64,000 nucleotides of DNA from Escherichia coli (GCF_024502345.1 NZ_JALDNN010000001.1), one strand, 5' to 3'; positions 19,878-29,129 are shown, numbered from the stretch's first letter. Numbers and translations are program-made. Notes: generated by a model from the sequence alone, not told the origin.

Positions 19878-21692
19878 TCACTTCTTACATAGAATGCTGG
19901 GTTTTACTCCGTACTCAACACATGCACTCAAAAATGTATTTATAAGCCAGATTAGCTGAACAGTATAAGGTTTGGCTGACTGATTTCTCTTGATGATTTC
20001 CACCTCATCGATTAACATTTTTTTTCTTAAAAATGGAGCAGCTAATATTAACTCCCTACTAGTTTTCGGACTCTCATTAATTTTGTCAAGAGCTAACTCA
20101 ATGTCATTCCTGGAAGTGTCAATTGGTCTAATTCTACTAATCTGCGTTTGTAAATATTTTGAAGACCATTCATTATCATATTTATCAAGGTAAAGTTCTT
20201 TTGGTGAATGTAATCTGCCAATATTTTTTAAAGCTTGACTTATAACTTCATGAAATTTACTGGCGCCATAGCTCTCTTTTTTAATATATTTAGAATGAAT
20301 AAACTTTATGGATGGATTTCCTGTCGTGATATCCAGCACAATATGATCGGCCCACTCATCATTCATATCATCACAAATTACAATAGCATCTTTATTTGAA
20401 TAGATATTCTCCACTCGTCTAAATAGCGATCTCACTGGAAATCTTTTAATATTTTCTGGATAAGATTGTTTGTCATCTTTCTCTTTTTCCGATCTGATTG
20501 TTGAAAAATCAAAGCTATCATCAAAAACGGACAGGAAAATATTCAAATTATTTAACATCGTTTTATCTTCAAAACACGAACGACCATGATAGCAATATTG
20601 GGGGGAATCGAAGGTTATAGTGAATGGCTTAAACTTGTTAATATATTTACTAAGCGACATTAACTGAGAACCATTTTCACTAATCATTATACCATCGAGA
20701 TATTTGGATACTATAGTCACAACCTTAGTATTGAATCTCAGACGACATTTGAATTTGAATCTTAAATTGGTTAGCGTTTCACCATCTAAGAAATATGATG
20801 ATTTAAATCCATTGAAAAATTTGTCAAGTTCAACAGAACTTAACGTCACCGTTCCATGAGGCACATTTTTTGTTAGTGTAAAAGTATGGGACGTGCCACG
20901 CACCATATCATCCAACTCGCTAAGATCTATAAAAATAGCTTTTGGCTTGACTTTTTTTGCTAATAATTCACTCAAAGTAATAGGGGAAGAGAAACCTGCC
21001 ATTAGCTTACTTGACAAAGAGGCTGTGTTAGATAATTCATTTACTGTAGCTATTGCCCATGAGCAGAAATTAAAAAAATCCACTTTTTTATCTTTGTAGC
21101 CTATTCGTGAAGTATTTGGTGTTAAAGTAAATATGTCATTTCCTGTCTTGACTCTAAATGTCCCTGGAATTGAACGTCCAGTCGTGTTAGGAGAAAGAAT
21201 GCCACTTAGATTTTTTGCTTCCACTGTTCTATTTCTTATCACTGAATCTGACAGTGACATATTCCTCATGCTAATTTTTTCATACTCAGGATTCAGCCTT
21301 CCATTAAAATTTGAAAATTTATCAAACTCAAAGTATTCTATGAACCTTTCCAACTCGCTTTCAATTGCATCAACATTTTTCTTCGAAATTATTAAAAAAT
21401 CCTGAACCTCCAAGATCATTAGATACGCATACTTGCTTTCTGAAATGCTAGTGCCTTGTAGAAATGAAGGCTCTTCTAGAACTTTAAAAGACACCAAAGA
21501 GTAAGTTAAATTCCCATTATCTACAACAACTTCAGATTTAATTTTATTTATAAGAAAGACACCATCTTTTATCGAGGATATGCTTCTAAATAGATTTTTT
21601 ATTTTATTTCTAGATAAAGGTTTTTTTATCTTAAAAAATTGTGCATTTTTTGATAAAATTAAATCATTGATACTGAAAATATATTTAGTCAC
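19878..21692 (-). CDS. Orphan AT-rich protein of unknown function (604 aa), prophage hotspot cargo
   Basis: Long uninterrupted ORF in very AT-rich DNA; GTG start 8 nt after AAGGA; no Walker A, no YxDD box, no HNH seen by eye; C-terminal segment AIVICDDMNDEWADHIVLD...IKFIHSKY could be a nuclease-like acidic/basic cluster. Confidence 0.6.
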   Translation of the reverse strand: MTKYIFSINDLILSKNAQFFKIKKPLSRNKIKNLFRSISSIKDGVFLINKIKSEVVVDNGNLTYSLVSFKVLEEPSFLQGTSISESKYAYLMILEVQDFLIISKKNVDAIESELERFIEYFEFDKFSNFNGRLNPEYEKISMRNMSLSDSVIRNRTVEAKNLSGILSPNTTGRSIPGTFRVKTGNDIFTLTPNTSRIGYKDKKVDFFNFCSWAIATVNELSNTASLSSKLMAGFSSPITLSELLAKKVKPKAIFIDLSELDDMVRGTSHTFTLTKNVPHGTVTLSSVELDKFFNGFKSSYFLDGETLTNLRFKFKCRLRFNTKVVTIVSKYLDGIMISENGSQLMSLSKYINKFKPFTITFDSPQYCYHGRSCFEDKTMLNNLNIFLSVFDDSFDFSTIRSEKEKDDKQSYPENIKRFPVRSLFRRVENIYSNKDAIVICDDMNDEWADHIVLDITTGNPSIKFIHSKYIKKESYGASKFHEVISQALKNIGRLHSPKELYLDKYDNEWSSKYLQTQISRIRPIDTSRNDIELALDKINESPKTSRELILAAPFLRKKMLIDEVEIIKRNQSAKPYTVQLIWLINTFLSACVEYGVKPSILCKK

Positions 21693-22214
21693 TTTGATGT
21701 CCTTATAATTAACATTTGATTATTCAAGAACAACTAGACAGCACTTCAGAGAAAATCAAATGGGAAATGGAATAGTTTAGATTCAGAAGATTACATTAAC
21801 ACGTAATATATTAAAAGTAATTATCTAAAACAATATTAATTATTGACTCGCGCAGTATTTAACTGCAAAAATTTGATTTAGGTCGTTTTTTTCTTACAAA
21901 GGCCAAGCCGCCAGGCCCGAAATGCCGCCTCTGCCGGTTAGCGCAATTGGGCTGACGCCCCGGGGCACTGGGGAGCCGAAACTTTAAGAAATCCGGAGAA
22001 TTGACCGTTATTTGAAATAAAAATGCCATTGTAACTTTCGTGTTTAGGCATAGAAAAATTTCCTTTTAACAAAACATAGTAATACTAGTAATGCGCCTTG
22101 TGCGGTGATCAAAATTGCGAACTTCCGCTCCTCGCTCAAAGCAGACTGTCAGATTTGATAGCGTTTTGGCTATGTAAATTGTCAGTCGGAAAATGAGTGA
22201 GTACAAACTAGGAC

Positions 22215-22240
22215 AGGCGGGCGAATTGCCCGCCTTTTCT
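22215..22240 (+). terminator. Rho-independent terminator upstream of FI
   Basis: ggcgggcg-aatt-gcccgcc hairpin followed by ttttct. Confidence 0.55.
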
Positions 22241-22338
22241 GTATCTGTTGTTTCATCCACTGACCAGACAGGTCAAATAGCGTCTCATGCTCTGCCCAAC
22301 GGAAAATAGTTGCACCCATTAACCACGGAGTTAAACGG

Positions 22339-23529
22339 ATGAGTGACTATCATCACGGCGTGCAGGTGCTGGAGATTAACGACGGCACCCGCGTCATTTC
22401 CACCGTATCCACTGCCATTGTCGGCATGGTCTGTACGGCCAGCGATGCAGATGCGGAAACCTTCCCCCTCAATAAACCGGTGTTGATTACCAATGTGCAG
22501 AGCGCAATTGCAAAGGCCGGTAAAAAAGGCACGCTGGCGGCATCGTTGCAGGCCATCGCTGACCAGTCAAAACCGGTCACCGTTGTCGTGCGCGTGGAAG
22601 ACGGCACCGGTGATGACGAGGAAACGAAACTCGCGCAGACCGTTTCCAATATCATCGGCACCACCGACGAAAACGGTCAGTACACCGGACTGAAAGCCCT
22701 GCTGGCGGCGGAGTCGGTAACCGGTGTTAAACCGCGTATTCTCGGCGTGCCGGGACTGGACACCAAAGAGGTGGCTGTTGCACTGGCATCAGTCTGTCAG
22801 AAGCTGCGCGCTTTCGGGTATATCAGCGCATGGGGCTGTAAAACTATTTCCGAGGTGAAAGCCTACCGCCAGAATTTCAGCCAGCGTGAGTTGATGGTCA
22901 TCTGGCCGGATTACCTCGCATGGGATACGGTCACCAGTACCACCGCCACCGCGTATGCCACCGCCCGTGCGCTGGGTCTGCGCGCTAAAATCGACCAGGA
23001 GCAGGGCTGGCATAAAACACTGTCCAACGTTGGGGTGAACGGTGTTACCGGCATCAGCGCATCTGTATTCTGGGATTTGCAGGAGTCCGGCACCGATGCT
23101 GACCTGCTGAATGAGTCAGGCGTCACAACGCTGATTCGCCGTGACGGTTTCCGCTTCTGGGGTAACCGTACCTGCTCTGATGACCCGCTGTTCCTCTTTG
23201 AAAACTACACCCGCACCGCGCAGGTACTGGCCGACACGATGGCTGAGGCGCACATGTGGGCGGTGGACAAGCCCATCACCGCAACGCTGATTCGCGACAT
23301 CGTTGACGGCATCAATGCCAAATTCCGTGAGCTGAAAACAAACGGTTATATCGTGGATGCGACCTGCTGGTTCAGCGAAGAATCCAACGATGCGGAAACC
23401 CTCAAGGCCGGAAAACTGTATATCGACTATGACTATACACCGGTGCCTCCTCTCGAAAACCTGACCCTGCGCCAGCGTATTACCGATAAATACCTGGCGA
23501 ATCTGGTCACCCCGGTTAACAGCAATTAA
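22339..23529 (+). CDS. FI: P2 gpFI tail sheath protein (396 aa)
   Basis: 396 aa, size and position. Confidence 0.9.
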   Translation: MSDYHHGVQVLEINDGTRVISTVSTAIVGMVCTASDADAETFPLNKPVLITNVQSAIAKAGKKGTLAASLQAIADQSKPVTVVVRVEDGTGDDEETKLAQTVSNIIGTTDENGQYTGLKALLAAESVTGVKPRILGVPGLDTKEVAVALASVCQKLRAFGYISAWGCKTISEVKAYRQNFSQRELMVIWPDYLAWDTVTSTTATAYATARALGLRAKIDQEQGWHKTLSNVGVNGVTGISASVFWDLQESGTDADLLNESGVTTLIRRDGFRFWGNRTCSDDPLFLFENYTRTAQVLADTMAEAHMWAVDKPITATLIRDIVDGINAKFRELKTNGYIVDATCWFSEESNDAETLKAGKLYIDYDYTPVPPLENLTLRQRITDKYLANLVTPVNSN

Positions 23530-23541
23530 GGAGCCTGACCG

Positions 23542-24060
23542 ATGGCAATGCCGCGCAAACTCAAGTTAATGAACGTCTTTCTGAACGGCTACAGCTATCA
23601 GGGCGTTGCAAAGTCCGTCACGCTGCCAAAACTGACCCGTAAACTCGAAAACTATCGCGGTGCGGGGATGAACGGCAGCGCACCGATAGACCTCGGCCTT
23701 GATGACGATGCGCTGTCAATGGAGTGGTCGCTCGGTGGTTTCCCGGATTCGGTTATCTGGGAGCTTTACGCCGCAACCGGTGTGGATGCCGTACCGATTC
23801 GTTTTGCAGGCTCTTACCAGCGCGACGATACCGGCGAAACGGTGGCCGTCGAGGTGGTCATGCGTGGACGTCAGAAAGAAATCGACACCGGCGAGGGTAA
23901 ACAGGGAGAAGACACCGAGTCGAAAATCTCCGTGGTCTGCACCTATTTCCGGCTGACGATGGACGGTAAGGAGCTGGTCGAAATCGACACCATCAACATG
24001 ATTGAGAAGGTGAACGGCGTCGACCGGCTGGAGCAACACCGCCGCAATATCGGCCTGTGA
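23542..24060 (+). CDS. FII: P2 gpFII tail tube protein (172 aa)
   Basis: 172 aa, follows sheath. Confidence 0.9.
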   Translation: MAMPRKLKLMNVFLNGYSYQGVAKSVTLPKLTRKLENYRGAGMNGSAPIDLGLDDDALSMEWSLGGFPDSVIWELYAATGVDAVPIRFAGSYQRDDTGETVAVEVVMRGRQKEIDTGEGKQGEDTESKISVVCTYFRLTMDGKELVEIDTINMIEKVNGVDRLEQHRRNIGL

Positions 24061-24116
24061 TTTTCATCCGGTCAGCCAGGCTGACCGGTTAACCCTGATT
24101 AAGAAGTGAGAAAACC

Positions 24117-24392
24117 ATGAACAAAGAAAATGTGATTACCCTGGACAATCCGGTCAAACGTGGTGAGCAGGTCATCGAACAGGTCACGCTGATGAAACCC
24201 AGTGCGGGGACGCTGCGCGGTGTCAGTCTGGCTGCGGTCGCAAACTCCGAAGTCGATGCACTGATTAAAGTGCTGCCGCGCATGACGGCACCGATGCTGA
24301 CCGAGCAGGAGGTCGCCGCACTGGAACTGCCTGACCTTGTGGCGCTGGCCGGTAAGGTGGTCGGTTTTTTGTCGCCGAACTCGGTGCAGTGA
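24117..24392 (+). CDS. E: P2 gpE tail assembly chaperone (91 aa)
   Basis: 91 aa between tube and tape measure. Confidence 0.85.
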   Translation: MNKENVITLDNPVKRGEQVIEQVTLMKPSAGTLRGVSLAAVANSEVDALIKVLPRMTAPMLTEQEVAALELPDLVALAGKVVGFLSPNSVQ

Positions 24393-24544
24393 CGTTCCCG
24401 AAAAATCTCTCGGTCGATGACCTGATGGCGGATGTGGCAGTGATATTTCACTGGCCGCCATCAGAACTGTATCCCATGAGCCTGACCGAACTCATCACAT
24501 GGCGCGAAAAGGCGCTCCGGCGAAGCGGAAACACGAATGAGTAA
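24117..24544 (+). CDS. E': P2 gpE+E' produced by programmed -1 ribosomal frameshift (about 142 aa)
   Basis: Slippery GGTTTTTTG run at 24363-24371 near the end of E; the -1 frame stays open to TAA at 24542-24544, overlapping the T start. Confidence 0.65.
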
Positions 24545-26984
24545 CAATGTAAAATTACAGGTATTGCTCAGGGCTGTTGACCAGGCATCCCGCCCGTTTA
24601 AATCCATCCGCACAGCGAGTAAGTCGCTGTCGGGGGATATCCGGGAAACACAAAAATCACTACGCGAGCTGAACGGTCACGCATCCCGTATTGAGGGATT
24701 CCGCAAGACCAGCGCACAGCTCGCCGTGACTGGTCATGCACTTGAAAAGGCACGGCAGGAGGCCGAAGCCCTTGCCACACAGTTTAAAAACACCGAACGT
24801 CCGACCCGTGCTCAGGCGAAAGTGCTGGAATCCGCAAAGCGAGCGGCGGAGGACTTACAGGCGAAATATAACCGCCTGACGGATTCCGTTAAACGCCAGC
24901 AGCGGGAACTGGCCGCTGTGGGAATTAATACCCGCAATCTTGCACATGATGAGCAGGGACTGAAAAACCGTATCAGTGAAACCACCGCACAGCTTAACCG
25001 GCAGCGTGACGCGCTGGCGCGTGTCAGTGCGCAACAGGCAAAACTTAACGCAGTAAAACAGCGTTATCAGGCAGGCAAGGAACTGGCCGGAAATATGGCC
25101 TCAGTGGGCGCTGCCGGTGTGGGGATTGCGGCGGCGGGAACGATGGCCGGAGTTAAGTTGCTGATGCCCGGTTATGAGTTTGCGCAGAAAAACTCAGAAT
25201 TGCAGGCCGTGCTCGGAGTGGCAAAAGACTCCGCCGAAATGACCGCACTACGCAAACAGGCGCGCCAGCTCGGCGACAATACCGCCGCCTCGGCGGATGA
25301 TGCGGCCGGTGCACAGATAATCATCGCGAAAGCGGGTGGGGATGTTGATGCCATTCAGGCGGCAACGCCGGTCACGCTGAATATGGCGCTGGCGAACCGT
25401 CGCACGATGGAAGAAAACGCCGCCCTGCTGATGGGGATGAAATCCGCCTTTCAGCTTTCAAACGATAAGGTCGCTCATATTGGGGATGTTCTCTCCATGA
25501 CGATGAACAAAACCGCCGCCGATTTTGACGGTATGAGCGATGCGCTGACCTATGCCGCACCTGTGGCAAAAAATGCCGGTGTCAGCATTGAAGAAACCGC
25601 CGCAATGGTCGGGGTGCTGCATGATGCAAAAATCACAGGCTCAATGGCGGGGACGGGAAGCCGTGCCGTGTTAAGCCGCCTGCAGGCACCGACGGGAAAA
25701 GCATGGGATGCACTCAAAGAGCTTGGAGTGAAAACCTCAGACAGCAAGGGAAACACCCGGTCAATATTTACCATTCTGAAAGAAATGCAGGCCAGTTTTG
25801 AGAAAAACCGGCTCGGTACTGCCCAGCAGGCTGAATACATGAAAACCATTTTCGGGGAGGAGGCCAGCTCAGCCGCCGCCGTGCTGATGACTGCCGCCTC
25901 AACCGGAAAGCTGGACAAACTGACCGCTGCGTTTAAAGCCTCAGACGGGAAGACCGCGGAGCTGGTAAATATCATGCAAGACAACCTCGGCGGTGACTTT
26001 AAGGAGTTTCAGTCCGCTTATGAGGCGGTAGGGACTGACCTGTTTGACCAGCAGGAAGGTGCGCTGCGTAAGCTCACGCAGACGGCCACAAAGTATGTGT
26101 TAAAACTCGACGGCTGGATACAGAAAAACAAATCACTGGCGTCAACCATCGGCCTCATTGCCGGTGGCGCACTGGTGCTGACTGGCATCATCGGTGCCAT
26201 TGGTCTTGTAGCCTGGCCGGTTATCACCGGCATCAATGCCATCATCGCGGCAGCAGGCGCAATGGGGGCAGTCTTCACGACGGTTGGCAGTGCTGTTATG
26301 ACCGCCATCGGGGCGATTAGCTGGCCGGTTGTGGCCGTGGTGGCCGCAATTGTCGCCGGGGCGTTGCTTATCCGTAAATACTGGGAGCCTGTCAGCGCAT
26401 TCTTTGGCGGTGTGGTTGAAGGGCTGAAAGTGGCATTTGCGCCGGTGGGGGAACTGTTCACGCCACTTAAGCCGGTGTTTGACTGGCTGGGTGAAAAGTT
26501 ACAGGCCGCGTGGCAGTGGTTTAAAAACCTGATTGCCCCGGTCAAAGCCACTCAGGACACCCTGAACAGTTGCCGTGACACGGGGGTCATGTTCGGGCAG
26601 GCACTGGCTGACGCGCTGATGCTGCCGCTTAATGCGTTCAACAAACTGCGCAGCGGTATTGACTGGGTACTGGAAAAACTCGGTGTTATCAACAAAGAGT
26701 CAGACACACTTGACCAGACCGCCGCCAGAACTCAAGCCGCCACGTATGGCAGCGGTGGTTATATTCCGGCGACCAGCTCTTATGCAGGCTATCAGGCTTA
26801 TCAGCCAGTCACGGCACCGGCTGGCCGCTCTTATGTGGACCAGAGTAAAAACGAATATCACATCAACCTGACGGGCGGTACTGCGCCGGGAACACAGCTT
26901 GACCGCCAGTTACAGGATGCGCTCGAAAAATACGAGCGGGATAAACGTGCGCGCGCCCGTGCCAGCATGATGCATGACGGTTAA
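24537..26984 (+). CDS. T: P2 gpT tail tape measure protein (815 aa)
   Basis: 815 aa; coiled-coil N-terminal half and Gly/Ala-rich hydrophobic segments. Confidence 0.9.
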   Translation: MSNNVKLQVLLRAVDQASRPFKSIRTASKSLSGDIRETQKSLRELNGHASRIEGFRKTSAQLAVTGHALEKARQEAEALATQFKNTERPTRAQAKVLESAKRAAEDLQAKYNRLTDSVKRQQRELAAVGINTRNLAHDEQGLKNRISETTAQLNRQRDALARVSAQQAKLNAVKQRYQAGKELAGNMASVGAAGVGIAAAGTMAGVKLLMPGYEFAQKNSELQAVLGVAKDSAEMTALRKQARQLGDNTAASADDAAGAQIIIAKAGGDVDAIQAATPVTLNMALANRRTMEENAALLMGMKSAFQLSNDKVAHIGDVLSMTMNKTAADFDGMSDALTYAAPVAKNAGVSIEETAAMVGVLHDAKITGSMAGTGSRAVLSRLQAPTGKAWDALKELGVKTSDSKGNTRSIFTILKEMQASFEKNRLGTAQQAEYMKTIFGEEASSAAAVLMTAASTGKLDKLTAAFKASDGKTAELVNIMQDNLGGDFKEFQSAYEAVGTDLFDQQEGALRKLTQTATKYVLKLDGWIQKNKSLASTIGLIAGGALVLTGIIGAIGLVAWPVITGINAIIAAAGAMGAVFTTVGSAVMTAIGAISWPVVAVVAAIVAGALLIRKYWEPVSAFFGGVVEGLKVAFAPVGELFTPLKPVFDWLGEKLQAAWQWFKNLIAPVKATQDTLNSCRDTGVMFGQALADALMLPLNAFNKLRSGIDWVLEKLGVINKESDTLDQTAARTQAATYGSGGYIPATSSYAGYQAYQPVTAPAGRSYVDQSKNEYHINLTGGTAPGTQLDRQLQDALEKYERDKRARARASMMHDG

Positions 26985-26998
26985 GGAGGTGACGAAAA

Positions 26999-27478
26999 AT
27001 GATGCTCGCGTTAGGTATGTTTGTTTTTATGCGCCAGACGCTGCCACACCAGGCCATGCAGCGTGAATCAGATTATCGCTGGCCGTCAAATTCCCGTATC
27101 GGTAAACGGGATGCCTTTCAGTTTCTCGGTGTGGGTGAGGAAAACATTACGCTTGCCGGTGTGCTTTATCCCGAACTGACAGGCGGAAAGCTGACGATGA
27201 CCACGCTCAGGATGATGGCAGAGGAAGGTCGGGCGTGGCCGTTGCTGGATGGCACCGGCATGATTTACGGCATGTATGTCATCAGCAGGGTGAGTGAAAC
27301 AGGGAGTATTTTCTTTGCAGACGGCACACCCCGGAAAATTGATTTTACGCTGTCGCTCACCCGCGTTGATGAATCACTGGCCGCGCTTTATGGCGATATC
27401 GGTAAACAGGCGGAATCGCTCATCGGTAAGGCTGGCAGTATGGCGACCAGATTCACGGGTATGACGGGGGCGGGATAA
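26999..27478 (+). CDS. U: P2 gpU tail protein (159 aa)
   Basis: 159 aa, size and position. Confidence 0.9.
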   Translation: MMLALGMFVFMRQTLPHQAMQRESDYRWPSNSRIGKRDAFQFLGVGEENITLAGVLYPELTGGKLTMTTLRMMAEEGRAWPLLDGTGMIYGMYVISRVSETGSIFFADGTPRKIDFTLSLTRVDESLAALYGDIGKQAESLIGKAGSMATRFTGMTGAG

Positions 27479-28641
27479 TGCTGGATGCGCTGACATTTGA
27501 TGCAGGCAGTACGCTGACGCCGGATTACATGCTGATGCTCGACAGCAGGGATATTACCGGCAATATCAGCGACCGTCTGATGAGCATGACCCTGACGGAT
27601 AACCGGGGCTTTGAGGCTGACCAGCTTGATATTGAACTGAACGATGCCGACGGGCAGGTCGGGCTGCCGGTTCGTGGCGCTGTCCTGACGGTGTATATCG
27701 GCTGGAAAGGTTTTGCCCTGGTATGCAAAGGGAAATTTACCGTTGATGAGGTTGAACACCGGGGCGCACCGGATGTGGTCACCATCCGTGCCCGGAGTGC
27801 AGATTTTCGTGGGACGCTCAATTCCCGCCGGGAAGGCTCCTGGCATGACACCACGCTCGGTGCGATTGTTGAGGCGATAGCCTCCCGTAACAGGCTGGAA
27901 GCCAGTGTCGCTCCGTCACTGGCCGGAATTAAAATCCCGCACATCGACCAGTCGCAGGAGTCTGATGTGAAATTCCTGACCCGTCTTGCTGAACGCAACG
28001 GCGGCGAGGTGTCGGTAAAAATGGGAAAACTGCTGTTTCTCAAAGCAGGGCAGGGGGTGACGGCCAGCGGTAAAAAAATCCCGCAGATTACCATCACCCG
28101 CAGCGACGGCGACCGTCATCATTTTGCGATTGCTGACCGTGGAGCTTACACCGGCGTAACGGCAAAGTGGTTACACACCAAAGACCCGAAGCCGCAAAAG
28201 CAGAAGGTAAAACTGAAACGCAAAAAGAAAGAAAAACACCTGCGCGCACTGGAGCACCCGAAAGCGAAACCGGTCACGCAGAAGAAAGCGCCAAAAGTAC
28301 CGGAAGCGCGCGAAGGTGAATACATGGCCGGTGAAGCTGACAACGTTTTTGCCCTGACTACGGTATATGCCACAAAAGCGCAGGCCATGCGCGCCGCTCA
28401 GGCAAAGTGGGACAAACTGCAACGGGGCGTCGCGGAGTTCTCCATCAGCCTGGCTACCGGTCGGGCAGATATTTACACGGAAACACCGGTTAAAGTGTCA
28501 GGCTTTAAGCGCGTCATAGACGAGCAGGACTGGACAATCACTAAGGTGACACATTTTCTGAATAATAGCGGCTTCACGACGTCCTTAGAGCTTGAGGTCA
28601 GGCTTTCTGATGTGGAGTACGAAACAGAAGATGATGAGTGA
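27478..28641 (+). CDS. D: P2 gpD tail protein (387 aa)
   Basis: 387 aa, size and position. Confidence 0.9.
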   Translation: MLDALTFDAGSTLTPDYMLMLDSRDITGNISDRLMSMTLTDNRGFEADQLDIELNDADGQVGLPVRGAVLTVYIGWKGFALVCKGKFTVDEVEHRGAPDVVTIRARSADFRGTLNSRREGSWHDTTLGAIVEAIASRNRLEASVAPSLAGIKIPHIDQSQESDVKFLTRLAERNGGEVSVKMGKLLFLKAGQGVTASGKKIPQITITRSDGDRHHFAIADRGAYTGVTAKWLHTKDPKPQKQKVKLKRKKKEKHLRALEHPKAKPVTQKKAPKVPEAREGEYMAGEADNVFALTTVYATKAQAMRAAQAKWDKLQRGVAEFSISLATGRADIYTETPVKVSGFKRVIDEQDWTITKVTHFLNNSGFTTSLELEVRLSDVEYETEDDE

Positions 28642-28722
28642 TGTTTATTATTTATCTGTTTGTTTTATAAGGATAAATTAACTAAAATGGCACCATCAAC
28701 AAAACCGGAAGAGGTGCTCGCG

Positions 28723-28941
28723 ATGTTTCATTGTCCTTTATGCCAGCATGCCGCACATGCGCGTACAAGTCGCTATATCACTGACACGACAAAAGAGCGT
28801 TATCACCAGTGCCAGAACGTGAATTGCAGCGCCACGTTCATCACTTATGAGTCGGTACAGCGATACATCGTTAAGCCGGGAGAAGTCCACGCCGTAAGGC
28901 CGCACCCGTTGCCGTCAGGGCAGCAAATTATGTGGATGTAA
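28723..28941 (+). CDS. ogr: P2 Ogr late-gene transcriptional activator, zinc-finger (72 aa)
   Basis: MFHCPLCQHAAHARTSRYITDTTKERYHQCQNVNCSATF has the Cys4 arrangement; last gene before att. Confidence 0.9.
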   Translation: MFHCPLCQHAAHARTSRYITDTTKERYHQCQNVNCSATFITYESVQRYIVKPGEVHAVRPHPLPSGQQIMWM

Positions 28942-28952
28942 TTACAAACAGA

Positions 28953-28979
28953 AAGCCCCTCAGTCGAGGGGCTTTTTTG
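28953..28979 (+). terminator. Rho-independent terminator after ogr
   Basis: agcccctc-agtc-gaggggct hairpin followed by a T-run. Confidence 0.65.
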
Positions 28980-29042
28980 TCGATGTGGTCAATGTGTGGA
29001 CGTGACCAGAAATAAATCCTTTTATTTCATCGTATTACGCGT

Positions 29043-29069
29043 AAAAAATAAGCCCGTGTAAGGGAGATT
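29043..29069. other. attR: Probable P2 attachment core (prophage/host junction) overlapping the cyaR 3' end
   Basis: AAAAAATAAGCCCGTGTAAGGGAGATT matches the 27-nt P2 att core as recalled; lies exactly where phage sequence gives way to host backbone. Confidence 0.5.
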
Positions 29070-29129
29070 ACACAGGCTAAGGAGGTGGTTCCTGGTACAG
29101 CTAGCATTTTATGGGTTATGTTTTTCAGC
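29043..29129 (-). ncRNA. cyaR: CyaR (RyeE) Hfq-dependent sRNA
   Basis: Minus strand reads GCTGAAAAACATAACCCATAAAATGCTAGCTGTACCAGGAACCACCTCCTTAGCC...terminator hairpin and U-run; sits between yegQ and the ogr end as in K-12. Confidence 0.8.

Larger units (their letters stand above)
1..29069 (+). mobile_element. P2-like prophage, partial in window (gene A through ogr and att core; integrase side is upstream of window)
   Basis: Complete P2 gene order and protein sizes from A, cos, Q, P, O, N, M, L, X, Y, K, lysA, lysB, lysC, R, S, V, W, J, I, H, G, FI, FII, E, T, U, D to ogr; ends next to cyaR where the K-12 backbone resumes. Confidence 0.9.

Noticed and set aside
19878-21692. 604-aa protein as an ATPase (Septu/Gabija/OLD-like)
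   Set aside because: No Walker A (GxxxxGKS/T) or Walker B motif found in the translation
19878-22010. Retron hypothesis (GC-rich structured segment followed by a large gene as msr/msd plus reverse transcriptase)
   Set aside because: The 604-aa protein shows no YxDD box or other reverse transcriptase motifs by eye, and no convincing a1/a2 inverted repeats were found
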